Source: an uncultured Christensenella sp.
Lineage (GTDB): Bacteria > Bacillota > Clostridia > Christensenellales > UBA3700
NCBI GenBank assembly: GCA_910578245.1
Contig: CAJTPC010000003.1
Location: forward strand, 5,259 to 69,258
DNA length: 64,000 bases
Reading direction: 5' to 3'
Shown here: positions 34,019-43,938 of the stretch, piece after piece
Position numbering within the stretch: position 1 is the first letter of the stretch
Layout of the letters: every line of letters starts with the position of its first letter
The notes under the pieces: generated by a model
Databases searched by the model: none
Seen by the model: the letters and a program-made list of their open reading frames with translations, nothing else
What the model was told of the DNA's origin: nothing
Made by a program: the position numbers and the translations under genes

Positions 34019-34076
34019 CAACAATACATTTATAAAAATACTGTATGTTGATTTTCAAACAGATTGTTGATATAAT
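34019..34076 (+). promoter_or_regulatory. promoter (TTGATT - 17 nt - TGaTATAAT) overlapped by an inverted repeat (candidate TetR operator)
   Basis: TTGATT at 34048-34053 and TATAAT at 34071-34076 with an extended TG. The inverted repeat CAACAATACA (34019-34028) / TGTATGTTG (34042-34050) overlaps the -35 element. Confidence 0.5.
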
Positions 34077-34137
34077 AGTAACAGACTTTGATTAAAAAGT
34101 CAAGATATACGTATTTTATTGCATCTAGGTGAATATA

Positions 34138-35793
34138 ATGAAACAAATGTATAAAGTAGAAAGACTCGACAGTTTTAGAGAACTTGTCAATTTGTCGGCG
34201 AGAAAGTATTCTTCAAGGACTGCTTTTTTGCTTAGAGAAAAGGACGGCAAGTATAGACGTATTAAATATAAAGAACTAAGACAAAGATATTACAATCTTT
34301 GTTCCTATTTTATTTCGCAAGGACTAAAAGACAAATATATAGCCGTTATCGGCAACAATAGTTACGAATGGGCGCTATCTTATTTGGCGGCGGCTAGCGT
34401 AGGAATAGTTGTGCCTATCGATAAAGAGCTGAGCGTAGAGGATATTGAGAATTTCCTTCAACATGCCAATGTCAGCGCTATTTGCGCCGATGGAAAGATA
34501 CTTTCGAAAATGGCATTTGAAAGCATTGCGCCACGCGCGTTGTTCTCATTTGACGCTATTGACAAAGAGTATTCGCTTATTCCATGTAGGGATGAAAAAG
34601 AAATAGACGGCATTGAGATTTCAAAAGACGATATGCGCGTACTTATATTTACGTCCGGTACTACGGGTAGCGCCAAGGGAGTATGCCTGTCGCAAAGCAA
34701 CTTGCTTGCGGATATTCAATCTACGCTTAAAGTCGTAAATATAAAGTCAAGCGACGTTACGCTGTCGATTTTGCCTTTGCACCATACGTATGAATGTACG
34801 CTCAACTGCATTTTGATGCTGTCGCGCGGAGCATGTATTTCTTATTGCGATTCGCTTCTTAAGGTTACGAAAAATATTGTTGAGTATTCTCCGTCGATTT
34901 TGGTGGTGGTTCCGGCTTTGCTTAAAATGGTTGACAAAAAGATTTGTCAATCGGTAAAGGAAAAATGTCCGTCAAAGTACAAAGAACTTTTTGAGAGGTA
35001 TTCTTTTGCCGAGGCAGTAGGCAAATTGCCGTTTGTTATTCGCAAGATAATTTCTTCAAAAGTCAAAGCGTCGCTAGGCGGAAAGACGCGACTTTTTATC
35101 GTTGGAGCGGCAGACTTGGATAGCGCAATAGTAGAGGACTTCCAAGCGCTTGGCATAAAAGTTTTGCAGGGCTACGGCTTGACGGAATGTTCTCCGCTTT
35201 TGGCAGGTAACAGCGATTTTTATTTCAATCCTAAGTCTACGGGTATTGCTATTCCCGACGTTCAGCTTAAGATAGATGAACCAAACGAAGAGGGAATAGG
35301 CGAGATACTTGCTAAGGGCGAGAATATTATGCTGGGATATTTCCAAGATGAAGAAGCTACGAATAAAGCCTTTAAGGACGGCTGGTTCCGCACAGGAGAT
35401 TTGGGAAGAATGGACTGCGACGGCGCGCTGTATATTACGGGAAGAAGTAAGAACGTCATAGTTACCGAAAACGGAAAGAATATCTATCCTGAGGAACTCG
35501 AAGCCAGACTGGCTAATTTCCCTGAGATTGAAGACGTGCTAGTGGTCGCTTCGAAAGAGCGAGGTAAGACGGAAGTCAAGGCTAGAATTTTCCCCAATAT
35601 AGACGTTATAAAAAAGAAGCTGGGACATATTCCAAGTATTAGCGATATTAAGAATTCGCTTGGAAAGATAATCAGCGACATAAACGAAAAGATGCCAAGA
35701 TATAAGCATATCAATAATTACGAAGTATTGGACTGCGCGTTGGAAAAGACTACTACGCGTAAAATAAAGCGTTTTGGCAACAACGTAAAATAA
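34138..35793 (+). CDS. AMP-dependent synthetase/ligase (long-chain acyl-CoA synthetase-like)
   Basis: AMP-binding motif IFTSGTTGSAKGV, plus GYGLTE and TGDLGRMDCDGALYITGRSKN. The start is ATG 34138 or GTG 34129. Confidence 0.85.
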   Translation: MKQMYKVERLDSFRELVNLSARKYSSRTAFLLREKDGKYRRIKYKELRQRYYNLCSYFISQGLKDKYIAVIGNNSYEWALSYLAAASVGIVVPIDKELSVEDIENFLQHANVSAICADGKILSKMAFESIAPRALFSFDAIDKEYSLIPCRDEKEIDGIEISKDDMRVLIFTSGTTGSAKGVCLSQSNLLADIQSTLKVVNIKSSDVTLSILPLHHTYECTLNCILMLSRGACISYCDSLLKVTKNIVEYSPSILVVVPALLKMVDKKICQSVKEKCPSKYKELFERYSFAEAVGKLPFVIRKIISSKVKASLGGKTRLFIVGAADLDSAIVEDFQALGIKVLQGYGLTECSPLLAGNSDFYFNPKSTGIAIPDVQLKIDEPNEEGIGEILAKGENIMLGYFQDEEATNKAFKDGWFRTGDLGRMDCDGALYITGRSKNVIVTENGKNIYPEELEARLANFPEIEDVLVVASKERGKTEVKARIFPNIDVIKKKLGHIPSISDIKNSLGKIISDINEKMPRYKHINNYEVLDCALEKTTTRKIKRFGNNVK

Positions 35794-36597
35794 TCAGAGT
35801 TTTACCGCTATCGGTTTATGAGATATATATTTGAAAAGGTTTTTGAAGCCGTTTGCTTTTAGCCATTCTGCGATGAGAGAGTATTTCTCTCCAAGACGCT
35901 CGCAAGTATGGGTATCAGAACCAAACGTCAGCAGTTCTCCGCCAAGTTCTTTATATCTGAGTAATATTTGAGTTGAGGGCAGGAAATCAAGTCCCGTGCC
36001 TTTGCTTTGAGAGTTTATCTCCAAGGCTTTTCCTTTTGCGATAATGGTCTTTAAGATTTCGTCGATAATATCGGCGAAATCTTTGTATTCAAGCGACTTA
36101 TCTTCATAAATGCTTTTACGCATTACGTAACCGATATGCCCTACGCTGTCGTAGTGGTACGGACAGTCAAGACTTTCTCTCACAGCCTTAAGGTATGCGC
36201 CGTAAGCTTGCTCCTTAGCGCGCTTTATAAAGTACGATGGTAAATAACAATCTTCGTATTCTATCGTGTGAATGGAGTTGATAATTATATCTGTGCTGTA
36301 TGGCGCAAGTTTTGCCTGATATAATTCGTTGGCTTCTTTCATATATCCGCATTCAATACCCACTCCCACGTAGATTTTGTTCCTATATTCTTCTTGAAGA
36401 TTTTCTATTTCGTCAAAGTGCCTTTTCAGTTGAATTTGAGGAATGTAGTCAAATTCGGGCAGGAAAGTCAAGTCGCCGTCAAAATGGTCGGTAAAGGCAA
36501 TATAATCCATACCCATAGATATGGCTTTTTCAATCATATCCCTTGGGTCTGCTTTGCTATCGTGCGAGTGTCTGCAGTGTGTATGAGTATCAAACAT
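35794..36597 (-). CDS. PHP-domain histidinol-phosphatase family protein (HisJ-like)
   Basis: MFDTHTHCRHSHDS, FTDH and other PHP metal-binding His/Asp motifs. About 265 aa. Confidence 0.75.
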   Translation of the reverse strand: MFDTHTHCRHSHDSKADPRDMIEKAISMGMDYIAFTDHFDGDLTFLPEFDYIPQIQLKRHFDEIENLQEEYRNKIYVGVGIECGYMKEANELYQAKLAPYSTDIIINSIHTIEYEDCYLPSYFIKRAKEQAYGAYLKAVRESLDCPYHYDSVGHIGYVMRKSIYEDKSLEYKDFADIIDEILKTIIAKGKALEINSQSKGTGLDFLPSTQILLRYKELGGELLTFGSDTHTCERLGEKYSLIAEWLKANGFKNLFKYISHKPIAVKL

Positions 36598-36736
36598 AGT
36601 TCCCTCTATAATATTCTATACTTTTTGTTTTGGACTGTCAAATAAGATAGATTGACAAATTTCGACAAATAATGTTAAACTTAAAAAAATACCTATGCTA
36701 CCTAAAAATAAAGATAGGCATAGAAAGGGAGAAATT

Positions 36737-37414
36737 ATGTCATCGCATTTAGGCAACAGTTGGGATGAAAAATTAGAGGGCGAGTTTTCGCAAGAATATT
36801 TCAAAGAGATACGCAAATTCTTGGTGGAGGAGTACAGTAATTTCAGAGTTTATCCGCCTATGAAAGAGATACTCTCGGCATTTGAGCATACTCCGTACGA
36901 GAACGTTAAGGTCGTCATATTGGGACAAGACCCTTATCATGGCTACGGACAGGCGCACGGCATGAGTTTTTCAGTACGCAAGGGAGTAAAGTGTCCGCCT
37001 TCGCTTGTTAATATTTACAAGGCGTTGGAATACGATCTCGGCATACCGCAGAGCGATTGCGGAGATTTGACAGGTTGGGCAGACGAGGGAGTATTGCTTC
37101 TTAACACAGTTCTTACAGTGAGAGAGGGCAAACCGCAAAGTCACGCCAACATAGGTTGGGAGAGATTTACAGACAGCGTTATCAAAATGATCAACGACAG
37201 TCCATATCCCACTGTCTTTATGCTGTGGGGCAATCCCGCTAAAGCAAAGGCAAAACTCATAGACGATTCAAAGCACCTTGTACTTAGATGCGTTCATCCT
37301 TCTCCGCTGTCTTTCTACAACGGTTTTTTGGAATGTAAGCATTTCTCTAAAGCCAACGATTTTTTGCTCAAAAACGGCAGAACTCCAATAGATTGGAGCA
37401 GAAGAGGAGAATAA
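36737..37414 (+). CDS. ung: uracil-DNA glycosylase (family 1)
   Basis: GQDPYHGYGQAHGMSFSV and HPSPLS motifs. ATG 36737 follows an AAAGGGAGA RBS. Confidence 0.9.
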   Translation: MSSHLGNSWDEKLEGEFSQEYFKEIRKFLVEEYSNFRVYPPMKEILSAFEHTPYENVKVVILGQDPYHGYGQAHGMSFSVRKGVKCPPSLVNIYKALEYDLGIPQSDCGDLTGWADEGVLLLNTVLTVREGKPQSHANIGWERFTDSVIKMINDSPYPTVFMLWGNPAKAKAKLIDDSKHLVLRCVHPSPLSFYNGFLECKHFSKANDFLLKNGRTPIDWSRRGE

Positions 37415-37447
37415 AAAATACCCGACTCAACGTCGGGTATTTCATTC
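37412..37447. terminator. bidirectional terminator between convergent genes
   Basis: ATACCCGAC / GTCGGGTAT stem with loop tcaac. Flanked by an A-run and a T-rich tail. Confidence 0.7.
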
Positions 37448-37452
37448 TTTGC

Positions 37453-37908
37453 TCATTTACGTCTTTTACCGTCGACGTCTTCTATGATTACTTTCCAAAT
37501 AGCAGTAATCTTTAGACTTCTTGAAATTGCCTCGTCGAAGTTGGGCATATTGGCGGGAGTATGTCTTTGGCATATCGCTCTTAAAGCCGCGATCTTTTCG
37601 TTGTCGTCTAACACTTCAAAGATTTTACCGCGTATTATTGCGCTCTCGTATTTAGTAGTAAATTCGTCGGTGGGTCTAAGAGTGTCGCCCACGCAAGATA
37701 TACATACTTGGTTGTTTTGTCTAAAGCAATCTATTTTTTTGCCCTCTTTCGCGCAATGGAAGTATATAACGTTGTCAATTCTTGCTATGCTCAACGGTAT
37801 ACAGTAGGGCATACCGTCGGTATCTATCGTTGAAAGAGTAGCCCACTCGCATTTATCCACAATATTTATTGCCCATTCTTTAGGCATCTGTCTGTCTTTC
37901 CTTCTCAT
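37453..37908 (-). CDS. pyridoxamine 5'-phosphate oxidase-family (FMN-binding split-barrel) protein
   Basis: MRRKDRQM... start and a 150-aa size typical of the PNPOx-like/nitroimidazole-reductase-like family. The assignment is from overall pattern recognition only. Confidence 0.6.
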   Translation of the reverse strand: MRRKDRQMPKEWAINIVDKCEWATLSTIDTDGMPYCIPLSIARIDNVIYFHCAKEGKKIDCFRQNNQVCISCVGDTLRPTDEFTTKYESAIIRGKIFEVLDDNEKIAALRAICQRHTPANMPNFDEAISRSLKITAIWKVIIEDVDGKRRK

Positions 37909-38035
37909 ACTATTCTCCTAAGAGCCTATGCGAATGCGATTGCGCAATCTTACTTTCGCAACCAATCGGCGTCTTTTATGAAAGTCTTATTGTTAATATT
38001 ATGCTATTAAAAATTTTATCGGTCAAGTAAAAAAT

Positions 38036-39484
38036 TTACAGTTTTTTAAGCGCAGTCCTTTGCCATCTCTTGGATAGATAGAAAATTACCGATACGGTGG
38101 CGCCGATGACCCAGCCTATCGGCCAACTCCACCAAATGGAAACGTAGGATAAATGGCAAGCTTTGACGAATATATAGCTCAATCCCACTCTTAAGACAAG
38201 GTCTGTCATTGTACTTGACGTAAATCCTGCCATATCTCCCGCGCCTCTGATAAAGCCGTCGAAAATTATCTTTATACACACGACTATATAGAATGGCGCA
38301 AGTATGTACAAAAACTGCGAGCCGATAGAAATAATCTCATCGTTTTGGTTACTGATAAAAGAACCGACAAGTTGTTTTGCAAATATCATATATACGCTCG
38401 TTGATACCAAGGCTATGACTATCATGCTGATGAGACCGCCTTTAAGACCTTCTTTTGCCCTGTCCAAGTGCTTTGCGCCGATATTTTGCGAAGTAAACGT
38501 GGCCATTGCGTTGGATATGGTCAAGAAAATGGAAATGATTATATAATTTATCTTGAATGCCGAGCCGTATGCCGATACAAGGTTAGCGTTGCTAAAGGAA
38601 TTGACAAGACTTTGGACAAAGAGTTGACCTATTGATACGGTAGAGTTTTGCAGAATACTCGGCAAAGACATAAGCATTATACTTGACCAAATTGACAGCG
38701 AGAATATGGAATTTTCTTTCCAAGATTTTTTATTTGGACTGACTTGCGCCTCGGAATTTGCTTCTTGACTTTGGTCTTCTTGACTTGCTGTCGCCTGATT
38801 AGCTTTTGGCAATTTGGATATATTGACGAGCAACAGTACCAACGACACTGCGCTTGCTACGCCTTGCGCAAGGAAAGTGCCCCAAGCAAGTCCCTTTATT
38901 CCCATATTAAAGTACTTGACGAAAATTATATCTACGATTACGTTGAGTACAGTTGAGAAGATGAGTAAAAACAACGGCGTCTTGGAATTGCCGAGCGCTT
39001 GGAATATAGAACTTACTACGTTGTATACGAATAGGAATGTCAGTCCGTAAATATATATATTGAGATAGTCTACGCTTTGAGCAAAGACTTCCGGTCCCAA
39101 GTCCTCCGAATTCATTGCCGAAAGCAGAGGCTTGCAGGTAAATGCTCCTATCAAAGTGAAGAGAAGAGCGAATACGAAGATGTTGATAAGAGCAGTGAGT
39201 ATCGAAGTCTTGGCGCGGGAATATTGCTTAGCGCCGAATATTCTCGATATAACAACGCCGCCGCCCACGCCGAAACCGTTGCCAATTGCGATAAATACTA
39301 CCGTCACGGGGTACGCCGAATTGACCGACGCTAAGGCTATGCCGTCGTCGTAGATAAAATTGCCGGCTATTAGCGAGTCAGCTATGTTGTAAAACTGTTG
39401 AAAAAGTACGGATATTATCATCGGTACGGCAAATGCGTACAATACTTTTATCGGCTTACCTACCGACATATCTTTAGTAGCCAT
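38036..39484 (-). CDS. MATE-family efflux transporter
   Basis: 12-TM protein with an N-terminus typical of MATE (GKPIKVLYAFAVPMIISVLFQQFYNIADSLIAG). The central loop has a Q/S/E-rich insert. Confidence 0.8.
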   Translation of the reverse strand: MATKDMSVGKPIKVLYAFAVPMIISVLFQQFYNIADSLIAGNFIYDDGIALASVNSAYPVTVVFIAIGNGFGVGGGVVISRIFGAKQYSRAKTSILTALINIFVFALLFTLIGAFTCKPLLSAMNSEDLGPEVFAQSVDYLNIYIYGLTFLFVYNVVSSIFQALGNSKTPLFLLIFSTVLNVIVDIIFVKYFNMGIKGLAWGTFLAQGVASAVSLVLLLVNISKLPKANQATASQEDQSQEANSEAQVSPNKKSWKENSIFSLSIWSSIMLMSLPSILQNSTVSIGQLFVQSLVNSFSNANLVSAYGSAFKINYIIISIFLTISNAMATFTSQNIGAKHLDRAKEGLKGGLISMIVIALVSTSVYMIFAKQLVGSFISNQNDEIISIGSQFLYILAPFYIVVCIKIIFDGFIRGAGDMAGFTSSTMTDLVLRVGLSYIFVKACHLSYVSIWWSWPIGWVIGATVSVIFYLSKRWQRTALKKL

Positions 39485-39654
39485 AAAGCCCTCCGTAAAT
39501 CTCGTAAGAAATTATCATATATGTTATACGCTTATTTAACTCAAAATGCAAGTAAAAAATTTTGAAAAAAATTTACATTTTCACAAATTCGCTATTGAAT
39601 ATTGATTTTTAATATGGTATAATTTGGATAAGTATGAAAAAGGAGAAAGAATAA

Positions 39655-41556
39655 TTGGACAAAAAAATACCGGTCTATCTCTTTCACGAGGGTACAAATT
39701 ATGAGGCGTACAAGTTTATGTCTCCTCAACAAAGTCAAAAGGACGGCAAAGACGGTTGGATTTTCAGAGTGTGGGCTCCGAATGCCAAGACTGTCAGCGT
39801 AGTAGGAGATTTTAACAACTGGGATAGAGAAGTAAACCCAATGAGCAAAATCAGCGACGGTATATGGGAGGGCTTCGTAGAAGGTCTTAAGATATACGAT
39901 ATTTATAAATTCAGCGTAGAAACACAAGGGGGCAAGTTGAGGCTAAAAGCCGACCCGTACGCAAGACATAGCGAAACTTCGCCTGCCAACGCGTCAAAAC
40001 TTTACGTGTCGTCTTTTAAGTGGACTGATAAGAGTTGGATTGCCGAAAGAGAAAATTTCGACGCTTTCCATAGCCCGATAAATATCTATGAGCTACATCT
40101 TGGCAGTTGGAGGAGATACGCCGACGGCAATATCCTCAACTATCGCGACTTAGCAGACGAGCTTGTGCCGTATATCAAGAAAATGGGATACACTCACGTG
40201 GAGATTCTTCCAATTTGCGAATATCCTTACGAGGGTAGTTGGGGATACCAAGTTAGCGGTATGTTTGCTCCGACTTCGAGATACGGCGCGCCAGACGATT
40301 TCAAATACTTTATCAACAAATTGCACAAGAACAAAATCGGCGTAATACTCGATTGGGTATGCGCTCACTTCCCAAAGGACGCTTTTGGACTCTACGAGTT
40401 CGACGGTCAACCTTGTTACGAGTATTCCGATCCGCTCAAGCAAGAGCATAAGGAATGGGGTACGCGAGTGTTCGATTACGGCAGGAGAGAGGTGCATTCA
40501 TTCCTTATTTCCTCAGCGGATTTTTGGGCAAGCGAGTACCATGTCGACGGCATCAGAGTAGACGCGGTTGCGTCAATGTTGTATCTTGATTACGGTAGAC
40601 GCAACGGAGAATGGCGTCCCAACGTAAGCGGCGGCAATTACAACTTAGAGGCAATAGACTTCTTGCAAAAGCTAAATTCGCACATGCTTTCAAAATACAA
40701 GGGATTGCTCATGATTGCCGAAGAATCTACAGCGTTCCCCAACGTGACCAAGCCGCCGCACGACAAAGGGCTTGGATTCAACTTCAAGTGGAATATGGGT
40801 TGGATGAACGATATGCTTTCATACGTATCGCTTGACCCGTTCTTTAGAAAAGACAATCACAACAAAGTTACTTTTTCAATTACTTACGCTTACAGCGAGA
40901 ATTATATCTTACCGCTATCTCACGATGAAGTAGTACACGGCAAGTGTTCGCTTCTCAACAGAATGCCCGGCTCTTATATGGATAAGTTCAATTCGCTCAA
41001 AGCATTCTTTGGCTATACAATGGCTCACCCCGGTAAGAAATTGTTATTCATGGGCGGAGAATTCGGACAGTTTATCGAATGGGATTACAAAAAACAACTC
41101 GATTGGTTCTTGCTCGATTACGATTCTCACTCCAATTTGCATGAGTTTGTAAAAGATCTCAACGCTTATTATCTTGCCAATAAAGAGATGTACTATCTCG
41201 ATACAACGTACGATGGCTTTAAGTGGATATGCGTAGACGACAACATTCAGAATATAGTTTCTTTCGTAAGAAGCGACGGCGAAGGGAATTATACTATCGC
41301 AGTAGTCAACTTCTCGCCAGTTAAGAGAGAAAATTACCGTATGGGCGTACCGGAAAAGAGAGCGTATAAAGTCGTTCTCAACAGCGATGATAAGAAGTAC
41401 GGCGGTGAGAGCGATAAGATGAGTTTTACTGCGCAAAAGGGTGAAATGCACGGATATCCGTATCATATAGAAATGACTATCCCCGGCAATAGCGTAATGT
41501 ATATCGCGCCGTCGAGGAAAGGTAAGAAGCAAGAAAAAGAAAATGCAAGCAAGTAA
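39655..41556 (+). CDS. glgB: 1,4-alpha-glucan branching enzyme
   Basis: GH13 branching-enzyme motifs: WGYQVSGMFAPTSRYGAPDDFKYFINKLHKNKIGVILDWVCAHF, GIRVDAVASM, IAEEST, SHDEVVHGK. TTG start after an AAGGAG RBS. Confidence 0.9.
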   Translation: MDKKIPVYLFHEGTNYEAYKFMSPQQSQKDGKDGWIFRVWAPNAKTVSVVGDFNNWDREVNPMSKISDGIWEGFVEGLKIYDIYKFSVETQGGKLRLKADPYARHSETSPANASKLYVSSFKWTDKSWIAERENFDAFHSPINIYELHLGSWRRYADGNILNYRDLADELVPYIKKMGYTHVEILPICEYPYEGSWGYQVSGMFAPTSRYGAPDDFKYFINKLHKNKIGVILDWVCAHFPKDAFGLYEFDGQPCYEYSDPLKQEHKEWGTRVFDYGRREVHSFLISSADFWASEYHVDGIRVDAVASMLYLDYGRRNGEWRPNVSGGNYNLEAIDFLQKLNSHMLSKYKGLLMIAEESTAFPNVTKPPHDKGLGFNFKWNMGWMNDMLSYVSLDPFFRKDNHNKVTFSITYAYSENYILPLSHDEVVHGKCSLLNRMPGSYMDKFNSLKAFFGYTMAHPGKKLLFMGGEFGQFIEWDYKKQLDWFLLDYDSHSNLHEFVKDLNAYYLANKEMYYLDTTYDGFKWICVDDNIQNIVSFVRSDGEGNYTIAVVNFSPVKRENYRMGVPEKRAYKVVLNSDDKKYGGESDKMSFTAQKGEMHGYPYHIEMTIPGNSVMYIAPSRKGKKQEKENASK

Positions 41557-41605
41557 TAATAAATTTGCAATAATATAAACGCATATAAGGTATTTAGGAG
41601 GGAAA

Positions 41606-42799
41606 ATGCACAGTAATAAAAAAGAATGCATCGCCATGTTGTTGGCGGGCGGACAGGGTACTAGACTCTATTCTTTGACGAGAGATTTGGCAAAGCCTGC
41701 CGTATCATTTGGTGGAAAGTATAGGATTATTGACTTTCCGCTTTCAAACTGTATCAATTCAAACATAGACACGATAGGCGTGTTGACGCAATATAAACCT
41801 TTTGATCTCAATCAGTATATCGGCAACGGTCAGCCTTGGGATCTCGACAGGCTCAACGGCGGAGTATTTGTCTTACCGCCGTATATGAAGGGCGAAACGT
41901 CCGATTGGTATAAGGGCACCGCAAACGCGATTTATCAGAACATAGAATTTATCGATAAGTTTTCTCCCGAGTACGTTTTGGTACTTTCGGGCGACCATAT
42001 TTATAAGATGGATTACGCGCAAATGCTGGCTTATCACAAAGAAAAGGGCGCAGACTGCACCATTGCCGTCATCAACGTATCTTTGGAAGAAGCGTCGAGA
42101 TTTGGTATAATGAATACCAACGAGGATAATTCGGTATACGAATTTGCAGAAAAGCCTCAACATCCAAAGTCCACAAATGCGTCTATGGGTATTTACATAT
42201 TCAATTGGGCAAAACTCCGCAAATATCTAATAGAAGACGAAGAAGATAAGATGTCGCAAAACGACTTTGGAAAGAATATCATTCCAAAGATGCTTGCCGA
42301 CGGACAAAAACTCTTTGCTTATAATTTCTCCGGATATTGGAAAGACGTAGGAACTATATCATCTCTTTGGGAAGCCAATATGGACGTACTCAACCTCGCA
42401 AGCGGTATAAATCTTGACGATAGCGCGTGGAAGATATACGCCAGAAATACCGCAGAGCCGCCGCATTTTGTCGGCAAGAACGCCGTGATACGCAATTCGC
42501 TTGTTACGGAAGGCTGTGAAATCAACGGTAAGGTCGAGAGGAGCGTCTTATCTACGGGCGTTGAGATTTGCGAGGGCGCAACGATACAAGATTCTACTAT
42601 TATGCCTGGAGCAAAGATTTGCAAGGGCGCGGTAGTAAAATACGCGATTGTCGGCAATAACGCAATCGTTGGAGAAAACGCGGTCGTTGGCGACACACAA
42701 GAAGGTATGGTGGACGGTCAGTGGCAAATCACCGTCGTGGGACCTAACGCTGTAGTTGAAGCAAATCAAGTTGTGCCTGTCAAGGCAATGGTAGATTAG
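41606..42799 (+). CDS. glgC: glucose-1-phosphate adenylyltransferase
   Basis: [41 protein letters not shown], plus a C-terminal left-handed beta-helix repeat region. Confidence 0.9.
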   Translation: MHSNKKECIAMLLAGGQGTRLYSLTRDLAKPAVSFGGKYRIIDFPLSNCINSNIDTIGVLTQYKPFDLNQYIGNGQPWDLDRLNGGVFVLPPYMKGETSDWYKGTANAIYQNIEFIDKFSPEYVLVLSGDHIYKMDYAQMLAYHKEKGADCTIAVINVSLEEASRFGIMNTNEDNSVYEFAEKPQHPKSTNASMGIYIFNWAKLRKYLIEDEEDKMSQNDFGKNIIPKMLADGQKLFAYNFSGYWKDVGTISSLWEANMDVLNLASGINLDDSAWKIYARNTAEPPHFVGKNAVIRNSLVTEGCEINGKVERSVLSTGVEICEGATIQDSTIMPGAKICKGAVVKYAIVGNNAIVGENAVVGDTQEGMVDGQWQITVVGPNAVVEANQVVPVKAMVD

Positions 42800-42811
42800 G
42801 AGGATAGGCAA

Positions 42812-43924
42812 ATGAACAACGCAATGAGTATAATTTTTGCAAGCGACAACGAATCGAAACTCAACGAATTGACATTGCATCGCACAACGGCGTCTTTGCC
42901 ATTCGGCGGAAGATATAGATGTATTGACTTTGCTCTTTCCAATCTTGTCAATAGCTCCATTACCACAATAGGAATAATAACTCGCAACAATTATTCTTCG
43001 CTTATGGACCATATCCGTATGGGTAGAGATTGGGATCTAAATAGAAAGAACAGCGGTATTGCGGTATTCCCGCCGTACGCTTCCAATACTTCCACCAACG
43101 TTTTTAAGGGTAAGATAGAAGCTCTTTACGGCATACTCGATTATTTAGAGAGTTCCGATGATGAGTACGTAGTAGTCACCAATAGCAATATTATCGCAAG
43201 TATCGATTTCGACGACGTATATGAAGCGCACGTCGCAAGCGGAGCGGATATAACTATGTTGACCTATACCGCTTGTCCCACGTCTTCGAGGAGAACCGTA
43301 GTAGAGAGCGACCCAAGCGGAAGAGTTAGGGGAATGAAGATAACTCGCGATGCAGACGAAGAGGAGTACGAACTTGGATTGTTCTGCTACTTATTCAATA
43401 AAAAACAACTTATTCAACTTGTGACAGACAGTTATGAAAGAGGCAAGATAGACTTCGAAAGAGATATATTGCAAGCCAACATAGATATACTTAATATACA
43501 TGCGTATAAGGTCAAAGGACACGCCGCGCTTATAGACGACGTCAAGTCGTATTACAGAGAGAGTATGGCAATCTTGGATTCTGATATAATGAACAGTCTT
43601 TTTGACAGCGCAGGCAAAGTATTTACAAAGGTTAAGGACAGTGTGCCTACCAGATACTGCAGCGGAGCAAAAGTCGTCAACAGCTTGATAGCAGACGGAT
43701 GTAAAATCAACGGCAAAGTTGAAAATTCTATTCTCTTTCGTGGCGTAGTCGTTGAGGAGGGAGCAGAGGTAATCAATAGTATAGTAATGGAAGGCGGAAA
43801 GATTATGAAAGGATCTACGCTCAATTTTGCAATTACCGATAAAAACGTAACTGTAACTGAGGATAAGGCGCTCAGCGGTAGCGAAGCCTATCCCGTTGTT
43901 GTAGTAAAGAATAAGACAGTATAA
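42812..43924 (+). CDS. glgD: glucose-1-phosphate adenylyltransferase regulatory subunit
   Basis: A GlgC paralogue lacking the GGxGxRL loop (SKLNELTLHRTTASLPFGGRYRCIDFALSNLVNS). Its position after glgC matches other Firmicutes. Confidence 0.8.
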   Translation: MNNAMSIIFASDNESKLNELTLHRTTASLPFGGRYRCIDFALSNLVNSSITTIGIITRNNYSSLMDHIRMGRDWDLNRKNSGIAVFPPYASNTSTNVFKGKIEALYGILDYLESSDDEYVVVTNSNIIASIDFDDVYEAHVASGADITMLTYTACPTSSRRTVVESDPSGRVRGMKITRDADEEEYELGLFCYLFNKKQLIQLVTDSYERGKIDFERDILQANIDILNIHAYKVKGHAALIDDVKSYYRESMAILDSDIMNSLFDSAGKVFTKVKDSVPTRYCSGAKVVNSLIADGCKINGKVENSILFRGVVVEEGAEVINSIVMEGGKIMKGSTLNFAITDKNVTVTEDKALSGSEAYPVVVVKNKTV

Positions 43925-43938
43925 AGGAGGACAGTATT

